In this document: positions 45,839-60,770 of the stretch, piece after piece | Layout: each line of letters begins with the position of its first letter | How positions within the stretch are numbered: position 1 is the stretch's first letter | From: the human T2T-CHM13v2.0 reference genome, Homo sapiens | Assembly (NCBI RefSeq): GCF_009914755.1 | Contig: NC_060939.1 | Length of the DNA: 64,000 nucleotides | Strand: one strand, 5' to 3' | Notes under the pieces: model-generated | The model's input: only the letters and a program-made list of their open reading frames with translations | Database searches by the model: none | What the model was told of the DNA's origin: nothing | Translations under genes and position numbers: made by a program

Positions 45839-46855
45839 TTACATTTTGGCATGATTTTGCAGTGGCTGGTACTGGTTGTTCCTTTCCATGTTTAGTGCTT
45901 CCTTCGGGAGCTCTTGTAAGGCCGGCCTGGTGGTGACAAAATCTCTCAGCATTTGCTTGTCTGTAAAGGATTTTATTTCTCCTTCACTTATGAAACTTAG
46001 TTTGGCTGGATATGAAATTCTGGGTTGAAAATTCTTTCCTTTAAGAATGTTGAATATTGGCCCCCACTCTCTTCTGGCTTGTAGGGTTTCTGCCGAGAGA
46101 TCCGCTGTTAGTCTGATGGGCTTTCCTTTGAGGGTAACCCGACCTTTCTCTCTGGCTGCCCTTAACATTTTTTCCTTCATTTCAACTTTGGTGAATCTGA
46201 CAATTATGTGTCTTGGAGTTGCTCTTCTCGAGGAGTATCTTTGTGGCATTCTCTGTATTTCCGGAATCTGAACGTTGGCCTGCCTTGCTAGATTGGGGAA
46301 GTTCTCCTGGATAATATCCTGCAGCGTGTTTTCCAACTTGGTTGCATTCTCCCCATCACTTTCAGGTACACCGATCAGACGTAGATTTGGTCTTTTCACA
46401 TAGTCCCGTATTTCTTGGAGGCTTTGCTCATTTCTTTTTATTCTTTTTTCTCTAAACTTCCCTTCTCGCTTCATTTCATTCATTTCATCTTCCATCACTG
46501 ATACCCTTTCTTCCAGTTGATCGCATCAGCTCCTGAGGCTTCTGCATTTTTCACGTAGTTCTCCAGCCTTGGTTTTCAGCTCCATCAGCTCCTTTAAGCA
46601 CTTCTCTGTATTGGTTATTCTAGTTATACATTCTTCTAAATTTTTTTCATAGTTTTAAACTTCTTTGCCTTTGGTTTGAATGTCCTCCCATAGCTCAGAG
46701 TAATTTGATCGTCTGAAGCTTTCTTCTCTCAGCTCGTCAAAGTCATTCTCCATCCAGGTTTGTTCCGTTGCTGGTGAGGAACTGCGTTCCTTTGGAGGAG
46801 GAGAGGCACTCTGCTTTTTAGAGTTTCCAGTTTTTCTGTTCTGTTTTTTCCCCAT
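45839..46855 (-). pseudogene. ORF1: L1 ORF1 (p40) with two in-frame nonsense codons (codons 67 and 110)
   Basis: MGKKQNRKTGNSK... start and ...LQNHAKM* end in one frame. TAA at 46655-46657 and TGA at 46526-46528. Confidence 0.96.
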
Positions 46856-47762
46856 CTTTGTGGTTTTATCTACTTTTGGTCTTTGATGATGGTGATGTAC
46901 AGATGGGTTTTTGGTGTGGATGTCCTTTCTGTTTGTTAGTTTTCTTTCTAACAGAGAGGACCCTCAGCTGCAGGTCTGTTGGAGTACCCTGCCGTGTGAG
47001 GTGTCAGTGTGCCTCTGCTGGGGGTTGCCTCCCAGTTAGGCTGCCCGGGGGTCAGGGGTCAGGGACCCACTTGAGGCGGCAGTCTGTCCGTTCTCAGTTC
47101 TCCACCTGTGTACTGGGAGAACCACTGCTCTCTTCAAAGCTGTCAGACAGGGACATTTAAGTCTGCAGAGGTTACTGTTGTCTTTTTGTTTGTCTGTGCC
47201 CTGCCCCCAGAGGTGGAGCCTACAGAGGCAGGCAGGCCTCCTTGAGCTGTGGTGGGCTCCACCCAGTTGGGGCTTCCTGGCTGCTTTGTTTACCTAATCA
47301 AGCCTGGGCAATGGCGGGCGCCCCTCCCCCAGCCTCACTGCCACCTTGCAGTTTGATCTCAGACTGCTGTGCTAGCAATCAGCGAGACTCCGTGGGAGTA
47401 GGACCCTCCAAGCCAGGTGCGGGATATAATCTCGTGGTTCGCCATTTTTTAAGCCCGTCGGAAAAGCACAGTATTCGGGTGGGAGTGACCCGATTTTCCA
47501 GGTGCTGTCTGTCATCCCTTTCTTTGACTCAGAAGGGGAACTCCCTGACCCCTTGCGCTTCCCAAGTGAGGCAATGCCTCGCCCTGCTTCGGCTCGCGCA
47601 AGGTGCACGCACCCACTGACCTGTGCCCACTGTCTGGCACTCCCTAGTGAGATGAACCCGGTACCTCAGATGGAAATGCAGAAATCACCCGTCTTCTGCG
47701 TCGCTCACGCTGGGAGCTGTAGACCGGAGCTGTTCCTATTCGGCCATCTTGGCTCCTCCCCC
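46856..47762 (-). promoter_or_regulatory. L1 5'UTR internal sense promoter and antisense promoter, YY1 site intact
   Basis: AAGATGGCCG (+ strand cggccatctt, 47741-47750). CpG-rich relative to the window. Confidence 0.8.
47311..47619 (+). CDS. ORF0: L1 antisense ORF0 homologue, open for 102 codons
   Basis: gcaATGg start, MAGAPPPASLPPCSLISDCCASNQRDSVGVGPS... matches primate L1 ORF0. Expression of this copy is unknown. Confidence 0.7.
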   Translation: MAGAPPPASLPPCSLISDCCASNQRDSVGVGPSKPGAGYNLVVRHFLSPSEKHSIRVGVTRFSRCCLSSLSLTQKGNSLTPCASQVRQCLALLRLAQGARTH

Positions 47763-47840
47763 AACAATTTTCAAATCTGTATTGTGGATGCCACATTTCC
47801 CTCCCAAACATCGCCAACTAACTATTTCAATCATACCTAC

Positions 47841-48204
47841 TTATATGGTTTGGCTTTGTGTCCCCACCCAAATCTCATCTTGAATTGCAATCCCCAGGTG
47901 TTGAGGGAGAGACCTTGTGGGAAGTGATTGAATTATGGGGGCAGTTTCCCTCATGCTGTAGCGAGTAAATTCTCATGAGATCTGATGGTTTTATAAGAGG
48001 TAGTTTTTCCTGTGCTCACACACTCTCTCTCTCACTCTCGCCTGCCACCATGTAAGATGTGTGTGCTTCCCATTCCACCATGATTGTAAGTTTCCTGAGG
48101 TCTCCCCAGCCATGTGGAACTGTGAGTCAATTAAACCTATTTTCTTGATAAACTACCCAGTCTCGGGTAGTATCTTTATAGCGATGTGAGAATGGACTTA
48201 TACA
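47841..48204 (+). mobile_element. THE1-family MaLR solo LTR (THE1C/D-like)
   Basis: atatggtttggctttgtgtccccacccaaatctcatc...gagtcaattaaacc...ggacttataca. TSD CCTAC/CCTAT. Confidence 0.93.
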
Positions 48205-48349
48205 CCTATTTTGTGAGTCAAATACCAACATGTTATTTTCCCCAGTAACCACTCCTTCATGATCCTGTTATCTTCAGTGGCATTTCTATGCTCAAATACT
48301 CTTTAAAAACAAATTTCCAAACTCCCTTTATTCCTGCTTTTGACATTTA

Positions 48350-48690
48350 GTGGTTGACTATTGTGCATCAAGGACTGTGTTGGGGAAACAAAGTCAAATA
48401 AATCTTGGTACTTTCCCTGGAGGAGCTCACAGAAGAGATGGAAACAATGCAGAAGGTGCACATGGCTACTGTGATCGGAGGTGATAGGAGGCTGCTAGAG
48501 GGGCACTTGGAGCTTGGGGTGAGGGAGGCAAAAGATGATACCTGGAGATGGTGGTGAAGAGTTGACTAGGAGGGTCATTTTAAAAAGAGGGAAGTGTTGC
48601 TGTAAAGCATAGAGAAGAGAAAAGCAATTGTATTGCTAGAGTGGGAAGCAAGGCAGGGAGTGTTCAGAACTGAGGCAGGCCAGGTAACCC
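48350..48690 (-). mobile_element. L2 fragment
   Basis: gactattgtgcatcaaggactgtgttgggga...ccctggaggagctcaca. Confidence 0.5.
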
Positions 48691-49694
48691 TCACCTAGTG
48701 ATTCCTGGCTGGATAATATCTACCCATTTTCCCAGACACTCTCTTGACAGAACTGGATACTGTTATCACTGAACACTCACAAAAATACACTCAACCAATT
48801 TCTATGCCCATTTTTGCAACATCAAATAATGTCACTGCAAAGAAACTTTTGAATTACATATGCTTCCCATTATTGTTTCAAGATCCTTTGTTGAAATTAC
48901 CCCTTGGTCCCTACTTTGCATTATCCAGCTGTTAGCATTATTCCAGCTTGGGGAGGACCTCGATGGGGCAGCCCTCGAGTCCCTGAAGCCATGCTTTCAG
49001 CATCCACTGCCAGCTCTCACTCAGGATATTGATCATCCTTCCTTTGTGGCATCCCTTTCTCTTCCATCCTTCCAACCCCATGGGAGGCTCCCTTCTTACA
49101 CTGCTTCTGCTCAGAATGGGCACTGCTCTTGGATTTCATTTTATTGAGAATTGATTTAAGATATCCAAAAGAAAAAACATTTATTTGTTTTCTTTACACT
49201 GCAAAAAGAAGTAGCTGTATTATTTATTCAATGTTACTTATGTAATTCACACAGAAAACTCCTTCAGGAAAAGCTTTTCAGGAAAATGTTTGTCTCTCTT
49301 AAGTTGTATACTTTCTTTTATCAGACAATGAGACTGTTTATCCTTTACCCTTTAGTTTCCTTCTGGAAGCTCAGACCTAACTTTGATGTTTAACTTCAGT
49401 AACTATATTCCCCAAAGTCTTTGATATAAATATTCCCTCCCTATCCCTATACAATGCATTAAAAAATTTAATATTCCCATTTTACACTTTTTATAGTGTC
49501 ATGCCTCAGGTTGTTTCAGTCATTAATTCATTCAACAAATATTTATTATACTATCTCTATGTTCAGGTCCTATGGTAGATCTAAGGTGGGGCTCTCCACT
49601 TAATTTCTGCACAACAGGAAAAAAGCTGCTAAAGTAATTGCAGTTTTGAACTGTGAATTTTAAATCATCATAACTAGGTTCATACACATCTTTA

Positions 49695-51057
<1,363 letters not shown>

Positions 51058-51329
51058 AGTCTAAAATAAACACAAAATAAGCAGTAAGTAATAAGTCATT
51101 AGCAAAAAAAAGCAAGAAGTGCTCATTAAAATGACGTATAACACAACCACATTTATTTAAGACTGTATTCCAATATCAAATGGCAAATTCCAACAATGCA
51201 AAAACTACAACTACTTTTGCATTCACCTATTATAATCATAATTGTTAACTTCTATTTTGCATCTACTTTGTGATAAACCTAAAACTAAGTATGAAATTAA
51301 CAATATTTCATTAATTATGTAAACAAGTG

Positions 51330-52040
51330 AGACCAAAGTATGGTGAGAAGATAGGGGGAATGCTACTAGCTACACAGGATGGCTGGAAAAGCCTTCATTG
51401 CAAAGAAGTTATTTGGATGGAGTCCTAAAGGATGAGTATGTGTTTGTCATGTATAGAAACAGGGATGACATGAACAAAGGCATGGAATCACTCCAAGATC
51501 TGGTCTGCTTAGGGAACAGGGGGAGGTTTAGTGTAGTTGTGCATGGTTTGCATTAAGGTGACTGGCAAGAGATGACACTGAAGCAAAGGTTTGGAGTCAG
51601 AGAGTCCAGTAACTGATAAGCCAAGCTAACGAATGTATCTGTTAGGAGTCATTAGAAATTTTTAAAATGTACATTAATTTTGGAGGGAAGTATTCAGACA
51701 GCAATGAAGAGCAGAGGTTGGAGTGGGGAGAAGATAGTGGCAGGCAGTAGATGGGATAGGCCTGGTAAGAAATGATGCTATGGCAATGGGGATGGAAAGA
51801 AGGGGAGGGATTCAAATCAATGATTAGGATAAGTATGGTGTATAGAAGATGAGGAGAAGATTGAAGATAACTTCGAGTTTCCCATATACCTTGAAGGTGG
51901 TTGGCCCATAATAAGCAGTCAATAAATGCTTGTTGAATAAATACGTGAGATTGACATCATTCACTAGGAAGAGACAGTTTAAGACCGGCCAAGTTTATGG
52001 TGTCTTCTAGGTACCTAGCAGAGATATTTAGAAGACAGAC
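51330..52040 (-). mobile_element. L2 fragments
   Basis: Purine-rich: cctaaaggatgagta...gaacaaaggcatgga...tggcaatggggatggaaag. Confidence 0.55.
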
Positions 52041-52221
52041 TATAAAATGAAAATGATTCCAAAAGTAGTTTGCTCTTATGGACATATCCCTTGTACATAA
52101 TTTGCATTTTTCTTTTTTCTCTTTCCCTCAATAGTCGTCACACTTCTTGTGGATGAAGATCAGGTCTTAAACTTCTCTTCTCTCTCCCCGAAACAGGCAG
52201 GGCAGTGGCTGCTATATAATG

Positions 52222-52430
52222 TTAGCTAACATTTATTGAGCCCATGGTATGTGCATAGCGCTGTTCTAAGTGTTATATATGTAATAATTCATTTAGTGTT
52301 TCCAATAGATCTTTGAGGTAGGTGCTATTGTTACCCCCATTTTAACTGAAGAAATTGAAGTCAGAGAAGTTAAATGGTTTGCCTGAGGTCTTACATGCTG
52401 AAGCTAGGATTTGAAGCCAGGCAGTCTTCC
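52222..52430 (-). mobile_element. MIR SINE
   Basis: agctaacatttattgag...ccccatttta...gaaattgaagtcagagaagttaa...ggatttgaagccaggcagtct. Confidence 0.85.
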
Positions 52431-53809
52431 GATTTTCCTTGCAATTTTCCCAGCAAGTAGCTGAACTACCTCTGACCCCCAGAACCAGTGAACTAACACG
52501 TTGTGAAGTCTGTTGGGGGCCTCCCTGGAATTCTGTTGATTGTACCTCAATGACAAATTTTTGTGAATGCTGCCAAAGACATTTTTGTAGTAAATCAGAT
52601 GCGAAGGATAAAAGAGCAAAAGCCTCAGAAGTGGGGAAATATATAATTTATTTTGAAAGTATAAATGGAGACATAAAAAGTAATTTCTGAATGAGCAGTT
52701 ATGCAGGCCTAGGATAAAGTTTATTTGTGTGTTTATTAGAATAATGAGATTTTAAGATCGGAAAAGCCCTAATTATTATAGGCAACATTACCATGTGATT
52801 AAGAAAGACACAACGTGGAACGGGAGTATGTGAACGAAAGATGAGCTGGATGTCTAAATAGTTTACTTGTAAGCAGACAGTGAAGGTGAAATAGAATGTA
52901 TTGATGGCCCACTAAATAAGAGGACTGAACTGGTTCATGCTTCAGTGCATACAGTGAGGGGCACAGGTAAGGTTGGAAAGAACCCACTTTGAGCAACATG
53001 AGTACAATATCTGGGACACACTAATATACAATATATTTCTTCTGAATTCCGTGGCATTTGTGAGGCAAGGAAGGCATAACAATTATGCTCAAAATCAGCA
53101 GTCAAAAATAGAAATTTAAAAAATTTTCGAATTTTTGTTTAGGAGCTTCTGTAGAAGAAGATGTTTATGTTCTCCAGTGCTGAAAGGACCAGTTTTAGAA
53201 CCACTGCTTGAAAGTGACAGGAAGCTAAATTTTTAACTCGTTACTGTATACAGAACTTTCTAATACATGGTGCTGTTTAGCAAAGAAGCAAACTATTCCA
53301 AGTAATGAGGAAACTGGATTGGAGGACCACTGCCAAAAGTTTTTTGTAATAGACTTTATACTTGAATGTCATCAAGAAAAGGTTCAGAGAGGTTTGTAGT
53401 AAGTAGTGTAGCTGAGATTCAAACCCAGACTGGGTGGCTCCATTATTATTTTTCTTAACTGCTGTGCTGTGCTGCTTTTCCAGGTAATTAAAAAGAAAGA
53501 TCCAAAGTATTAATAAGATGGAATAAGAACTGCAGAAAGCAGTCTTGTATGTGACGTGTACTTGAGCAAAAGTTTTTTTAAAAAGCGCTATGATTTCCAC
53601 CCCTCATTCTGTGTACCTGATGTTGTTAATCACGTACCAATCTTGTAAAATGTTCCCTAGGGACATATTTAGGGTATCTATATCATAAGTGAAATGCTTG
53701 CTTTTGCAGAAAAATGAGTAAATTGGCTAGCTACTGTCTACAATAGTTATGGGCTACATTCTAAAATCTGTTCATAAGTCAAAGCATGAGAATGCATTTC
53801 CCACATTAA

Positions 53810-54900
53810 TTTAATTTGCTCAGCAAATATTGAGAACTTTCTACATGCCAAGCAATGTTCTGGGCATCAAGGACCCAACAGGGAACAAAACCAACAAATA
53901 ACTCTGCTTGTATGGAGCTTAGATTGCAAAGAGACAAGCAATAAATATTACACATAACAAATAAAATATTATAGAGTACATTAGAAGATGGTAGATGACA
54001 GGAATGCTGAGGTGGTCAGTGTGGGCTTTACTGAGAACATTACAGGTGAGTGAAGACTTGAGGAAAGAGAAAGAGTAAGGGGCATGCCAGGCAGAGGGAA
54101 TAGCCAGTGCAGAGGCCCTGAGGTGGAAGCATGCTTGGTGTGTTTGAGAAACACTAAGGAACACAGGGTGGTTGTAGCAGTGTAAATGAAAGGGGAAGTG
54201 GTGGGAAATGAAGTCAGAGAGAATTGGGCTCAGATCACTCAGGGTCCTGTATGCCATTTGATGGACAATTTTTACTCTGAGTGAAATGAGGAGCCCTTAA
54301 AGGATTTTGAGCAGATAAGTGACATAATCTCTTTCTGGCTGCTATTTTGGGAAGAGACTGTTGGGGACAAGGATAGAAGCAGTTAGGGGGGTTGTTACAG
54401 TAATTCAGGAGAGATAATGGTGGCCCCAGCATGAGATGCTAGAAGTAGCCAGATGCTGGATGAAACCAACAGAATTTCCCAATGAACTGGACCTGGGTGT
54501 AAGAAAAAAAAGTCAGGGATGATGCTTAGGAGAGACTTTCAGGAGTTTATCTTAAGACATTTTAATTAAAAAATATCTGTTAGGTCAAGTAGGCAGTTGA
54601 TCATTAAGTCAGAAATTCAGAGGCAGTCTAAAAGTTGTTGGCAATAGAGAGCATCAAAAGATATGGGATTTAATGTTATCCTCAAGAAAGTAAGGGTGGA
54701 TAGAGGATAGAAAAGACCAAGGTCACTTCAACATTGAAAATGGAGGGAGAACTGAGAAGGAGCCACCGTTATGCTAAAGGAAAACCAAGAATGTAGTATT
54801 CTAGAAACCAAGAAGAGGGTAATCAACTGTGTTAAGTAGCAGTGATAGGTCAAATGATAATTGGATTAGTCAACATGGAAGTCATTCGGGACTTTAACAG
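53810..54900 (-). mobile_element. L2 (L2a/b) 3' region
   Basis: cagcaaatattgag...tgccaagcaatgttctggg...ccaggcagagggaatagccagtgcagaggccctgagg...gattttgagcag. Confidence 0.85.
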
Positions 54901-55634
54901 AATTATGGGGAGAAAATAGTGCATAATGGGAATAGGGCCAGGCAACACTATTTAAGCCTTAATGCATATGCACCACAGCACTGAATTGCTATATTTCTTA
55001 TGGAAAATATGCTTAGCAATACAATGAACAAGTATTTATTGACCATCTACTGTGTGTTTAACATTCTGAGAAGCACTGCTGAGGGGGTTCACAAGTTGTG
55101 TCTCATAATAGACATACAATGGAAACTAGGTGGGGAGGCATGACTTAACTGAAAATAGAAAGCTACAAGAATGTGAAATCTTACCAGTCTGGAGAAGCAA
55201 AGAACCCAGCTGTAGCTCTCCCAGGTGTGCAGAGCAATGCACTTAGGAAGATGAGGAAGTCTGAAGATATGTTTTCCCATATTTTTGTTATGCACTTTTT
55301 ACTCCAAGGAAATATATTTGAGTAGTGAATGGACAAACTTAATAAAAGATTTGGCCTCATGGAGATCTTGTTTGTGTTAGTCACAACCAGTCTGATTCTG
55401 TTTTCTTGGTGTGGTGAAGACCATGTGTTATGCTTAGGGGTAGGGCAGTGATTGAGAAGAGTGGAAACACAAAAACTAGGGACAGAGAAGTGTGGCCTAC
55501 TCACAATGGAGGGCAGGTACCCATGTAGTTTCCCAGCAGGAGAACTTCCTAAGAGGAAGTTCAGGCAGGCATTTGAGGCCATGTTGGGAAGCTCTGGTAT
55601 TAGGCAAAGGCAAATATTTCTGGAAAGCTGAAGT

Positions 55635-55840
55635 GATTATAGTAGCACACGAAGCACTTACTATGTAACAGGCACTGTACTATTTCATTCTTTTAATGCA
55701 TTTAATATTTATGACATTAATCCTATGAAGTAGGTATCATAAATATCCCAATTTTCAGATGGAGAAACTAGGAGATCAGATGACTTGTCCAAGGTCACGA
55801 AACTATTAAGTAGTAGAGTCAAAACTCAAACCTAGATGAT
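55635..55840 (-). mobile_element. MIR SINE
   Basis: agcacttactatgt..caggcactg...cagatggagaaact...tgacttgtccaaggtcac. Confidence 0.8.
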
Positions 55841-56364
55841 ATGTTTTTATATAATCTGTAGTGTTACCACCATACCATACTTTCTCCTAAGAAACTGATT
55901 GTGTTTTGAGTACAACCAACAAAACATTATCACAACATTATTTAAATATTCTAACATATCTTTTTAATACAGGCTTATCTTGTTTTATTGTGTTTTGCTT
56001 TCTTGCACTTTGCAGATATTGCATTTTTTACATTTTGAAGGTTTGTGGCAACCCTATGACAAGAAAGCCTATCGACACAATTTTCACAACAGCATGTACA
56101 CACTTCATATCTCTCTGTCACATTTTGGTAATTTTTGCAATATTTCAGACTTTTTCATTATTATTATTTTCTGTTACAGTGATCTGTGATCAGTGATCTT
56201 TGATATTACTATTGCAATTATTTTGCGGCACCACAAATCATGTTCATGTAAGACGATGAGTGAGCTTAACCAATAAATACTGTGAGTGTTATGATTTCAC
56301 CAACTGACTGTTCCCCTATCTTTCTCCCTATTCCCAGGCTTCTCTTTTCCCTGAGACACAACAA

Positions 56365-57001
56365 TGATATAGGAGTTGAAAAGAAATTACTTATGCAGAT
56401 AGTGAGGGTAAGGAAGTCCTCGGTAAGATTTTCCCTTTAATGAAAAGCAGCCCCCAAATAATTTCTTTTCTAACAAAGAGCAGCCTGTGAAAGTTACAGA
56501 CATAGATAAGCAAGCTGGAAGCTGGCATGGGTGAATGCTCGCAGCTGTGCCAATATGAAAAGGGTACTTGGGGCCAAGCATTTTCAACATGGCGGCTCCA
56601 TCTTCCCTTTTCTTTGTCAACCATGTGTACACTAAGGAACAGACAACATGGTGGTAGCCAGGTAGAGAACTCATCTGCATAATAAAAGATGAGAGTGGTA
56701 TGGCCAGCTTCTTCACACACTGTACAAATGTCATACCTGGTCTGACCAATCTCTTGGCCCTATATAAATCAGACACCATCTCCTTAAGCTCATCTGTAAA
56801 ACCCCAGACATTTCACCACAAAACCAGAAAATTCACTTGTGTGCCCCTCTCTCTCTGCAGGAGAGAGACATTCTCTTTTCTCTTTCTTTCACCTATTAAA
56901 CCTCTGCTCTTAAACTCACTTCTTGTGTGTCTGTGTCCTTGATTTCCCTGGCTTGAGACAACAAACCTTGGATATTTACCACAGACAATGATACCACTTC
57001 A
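56365..57001 (+). mobile_element. ERV1 (MER4-group, MER50-like) solo LTR
   Basis: TG...CA ends, 4-bp TSD ACAA, CCAAT/TATATAAA box (~56746-56768), ATTAAA poly(A) signal, YY1-like AACATGGCGGC. Confidence 0.85.
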
Positions 57002-57019
57002 ACAACATTGAAATTTGGC

Positions 57020-57434
57020 GAGTTCCAGATGTATTTTGTCATATAAATATTTCATATTTACTTGTCCCTGTTGTTGAACATATATCTATTATTGAACATT
57101 TATATTCTTTCCAGTGTTTCAATATTGTAAATACTTTTTTTTATATCTCTCTTATTAGTTCTTTAGGAACAATTCCTATATGTTGACTTATTGAGTTGGA
57201 GCATGAACATTTTAAAGTCTTTCAATGTATTCAGCCAGACTGCTCTTCAGAAAAATTATGCCCATTTGTTCCCACCAGCAGTCATGACAGCATGTGCTTC
57301 CCTGAGCTCTTGCTAACATTTGATATAAAATTGTTATGTCATTCAAATGTGTTAATCTTTTTTAAAAACTTTTTGCTTGTAAAAATCTTCCCTAGCCCAA
57401 CATCAAATGAATAATAACTTTTTTCATAAAAAAA
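57020..57434 (+). other. TSD-flanked, A-tailed retroposed segment made of antisense old-L1-like sequence
   Basis: GAAATTTGGC (57010-57019) and GAAATTAGGC (57435-57444) flank it. A7 at 57428-57434. Tigger1 is continuous across it. Confidence 0.65.
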
Positions 57435-58864
57435 GAAATTAGGCCAATTAATAACCCTACAATGGCCTCTAAGTGTTCATCAAAGCTAGAAAGGATTAAG
57501 CTTATGGAGCAAGATATGTCAAAGCAGAGATAGGCCAAAAGCTAGACCTCTTGTTTTAAATAGTTAGCCAAGTTGTGAATGCAAAGGAAAAGTTCTTGAA
57601 GGAAATGAAAAGTGCTACTCCAGTGAGCACATGAATGATATGAAAGCAAAACAGCCTTATTGCCGATATGGGGAAAGTTTTAGTGATCTAGATAAAGATC
57701 AAACCAGCTCCAATACTCCCTAAAGCCAAAGCCTAATCCATAGCAAGTGCTTAACTCTCTTCAGTTCTATGAAGGCTGAGAGAGATGAAAAAGTTGCAGA
57801 TGAAAAGTTTAAAGCTAGCAGAAGTTGGTTCATGAAGTTTAAGGAAATAAGTCATTTCCATAACAAAAACGTGCAAAGTGAAGCAGCAAGTGCTGATGGA
57901 GAAGCTTTAACGAGTTATCTAGAAGCTCTAGCTAAGATCACAGATGAAGGTGGCTACACTAAATAATGAATTTTTAATGTAGGCAAAACTGCCTTCTACT
58001 TAAAGAGGATGCCATCTAGGACTTTCAGAGCTAGAGAAGTCAATGACAGGCTTCAAAGTTTCAAAGGACTGGCAGAGTCTCTCATTAGAGGCTACTGCAG
58101 CTGCTGACTTTAAGTTGAAGCCAATGCTAATTTCTCATTACAAAAATTCTAGGGCCTTTGTGCCAAATCTACTCTGCTTGTCCTCTATAAATAAAACAAC
58201 AAAGCCTGGGTGACAGCACTGTTTACATCTGTTTACAGCATGGTTTACTGAATATTTTAAGCCCACTTTTGAGACCTACTGCTCAAAAAGATTCCTTTCA
58301 AAATATCACTGCCCACTGACAATGCACTTGGTCACCCATGAATTTTGATGGAGATGTACCAAGGAAATTAATGTTTTCATGTCTGCTAACACAGCATCCA
58401 TTCTGTGGCTCATGGATCAGAGTAATTTCAACGTTTGCCTTATTACTTAAGAAACACATTTTATAAGGCTATAGATAGTGATTCCTCTGATGAATCTGGG
58501 CAAAGTAAGTTGAAAACCTGGAGAGAATTCATCATTCTAGGTACTATTAAGAACATTTGTGATTCAAAGTAGGAGGTCAATATATCAATATTAATAGGAT
58601 TTTTGATTAAGTTGATTCCAGCCCTCATAGACCACTTTGATGGATTCAAGACTTAAATGGAGGAAGTAATAGCAGATGTGGTAGAAACAGTGAGAGAACT
58701 ATTAATAGAATGAAAAGTAGAGCCTAAAGATGTAGCTGAATTGCTGCAATATCACGATAAAACTTGAATGAATAAGGAGTTGGTTTTCATGGATGAGCAA
58801 AGAAACTGGTTTCTTGAGATGGAATCTACTCCTGGTGAAGATGCTGAGAACCTTGTTGAAGTGA

Positions 58865-59861
<997 letters not shown>

Positions 59862-60584
59862 AGAATATTACATACACTTAATTGATAAAGCAACAGCAGG
59901 GTTTGGCAGGATTTACTCTGATTTTGAAAGATGCTCTACCATAGGTAACATGCTATCAAATAGCATGGCATGGTACAGATAAATATTTCATATTGTATTA
60001 TATTAAGAAATTTCCACAGCCATCCCAGCCTTCAGCGCCCACCACCCTGAGCAGTCAGCAGCCATCAACATTGAGACAAGATATTCTACCAGCAAAAAAG
60101 ATTACAACTCGCTGAAGAAGTCTTATATTATCATTAGCGTATTTTAGCAATAAAATATTTTTAATTAAGGCATGTAGATTTCTTATCTAGACATAATGCT
60201 ATTGCACACTTAACAGACTATAGTATCTTATAAACATACTTTTATATGCACTGAGAAACCGGAAAACTCATGTGACTCACTTTATTTTGGCACTTACTTT
60301 ATTGCTATGGTCTGAAACCAAACCTGCAATATCTCTGAGCCTGGTCTATAATTTTTTAAATCTTTTTTTGTGAAAAGAGAAACCTGAGGTTTAATGCCCC
60401 TCATCTGAGGTCACACAGCAGGTAAGGAGACAGAGTCGATGTTTGAGCCAGTATCAGTCTGGTTCTAAAGCCTGTGATGGGCTTTCTATGCCAGTGGCTG
60501 CTGCCAGCAGGAGAACTGATTTTGGAGGAACCAGCTTGCAGACAGCCCAGTCTACAAAGATTAGTGGCTGGGTGTGAAAGACGG

Positions 60585-60770
60585 AGTCTTTAAAAGCAGA
60601 CTGATGTGGGCATGAGTCCTTGAATTACTCCTTCATACAGACCCGACCTCGAGCACTTTAACCTCCCTGGGCCTCTGGGAACTCCTTTTTAAAATGGGAA
60701 CAAAATATCTACATCATAAGGTAATTTTGTATAGGTTAATGAGCCTTAGCACCATGTGCATAGTGAAAGT
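60585..60770 (+). mobile_element. MIR SINE
   Basis: actttaacctccctgggcctc...taaaatggga...atctacatcataagg. Confidence 0.55.
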
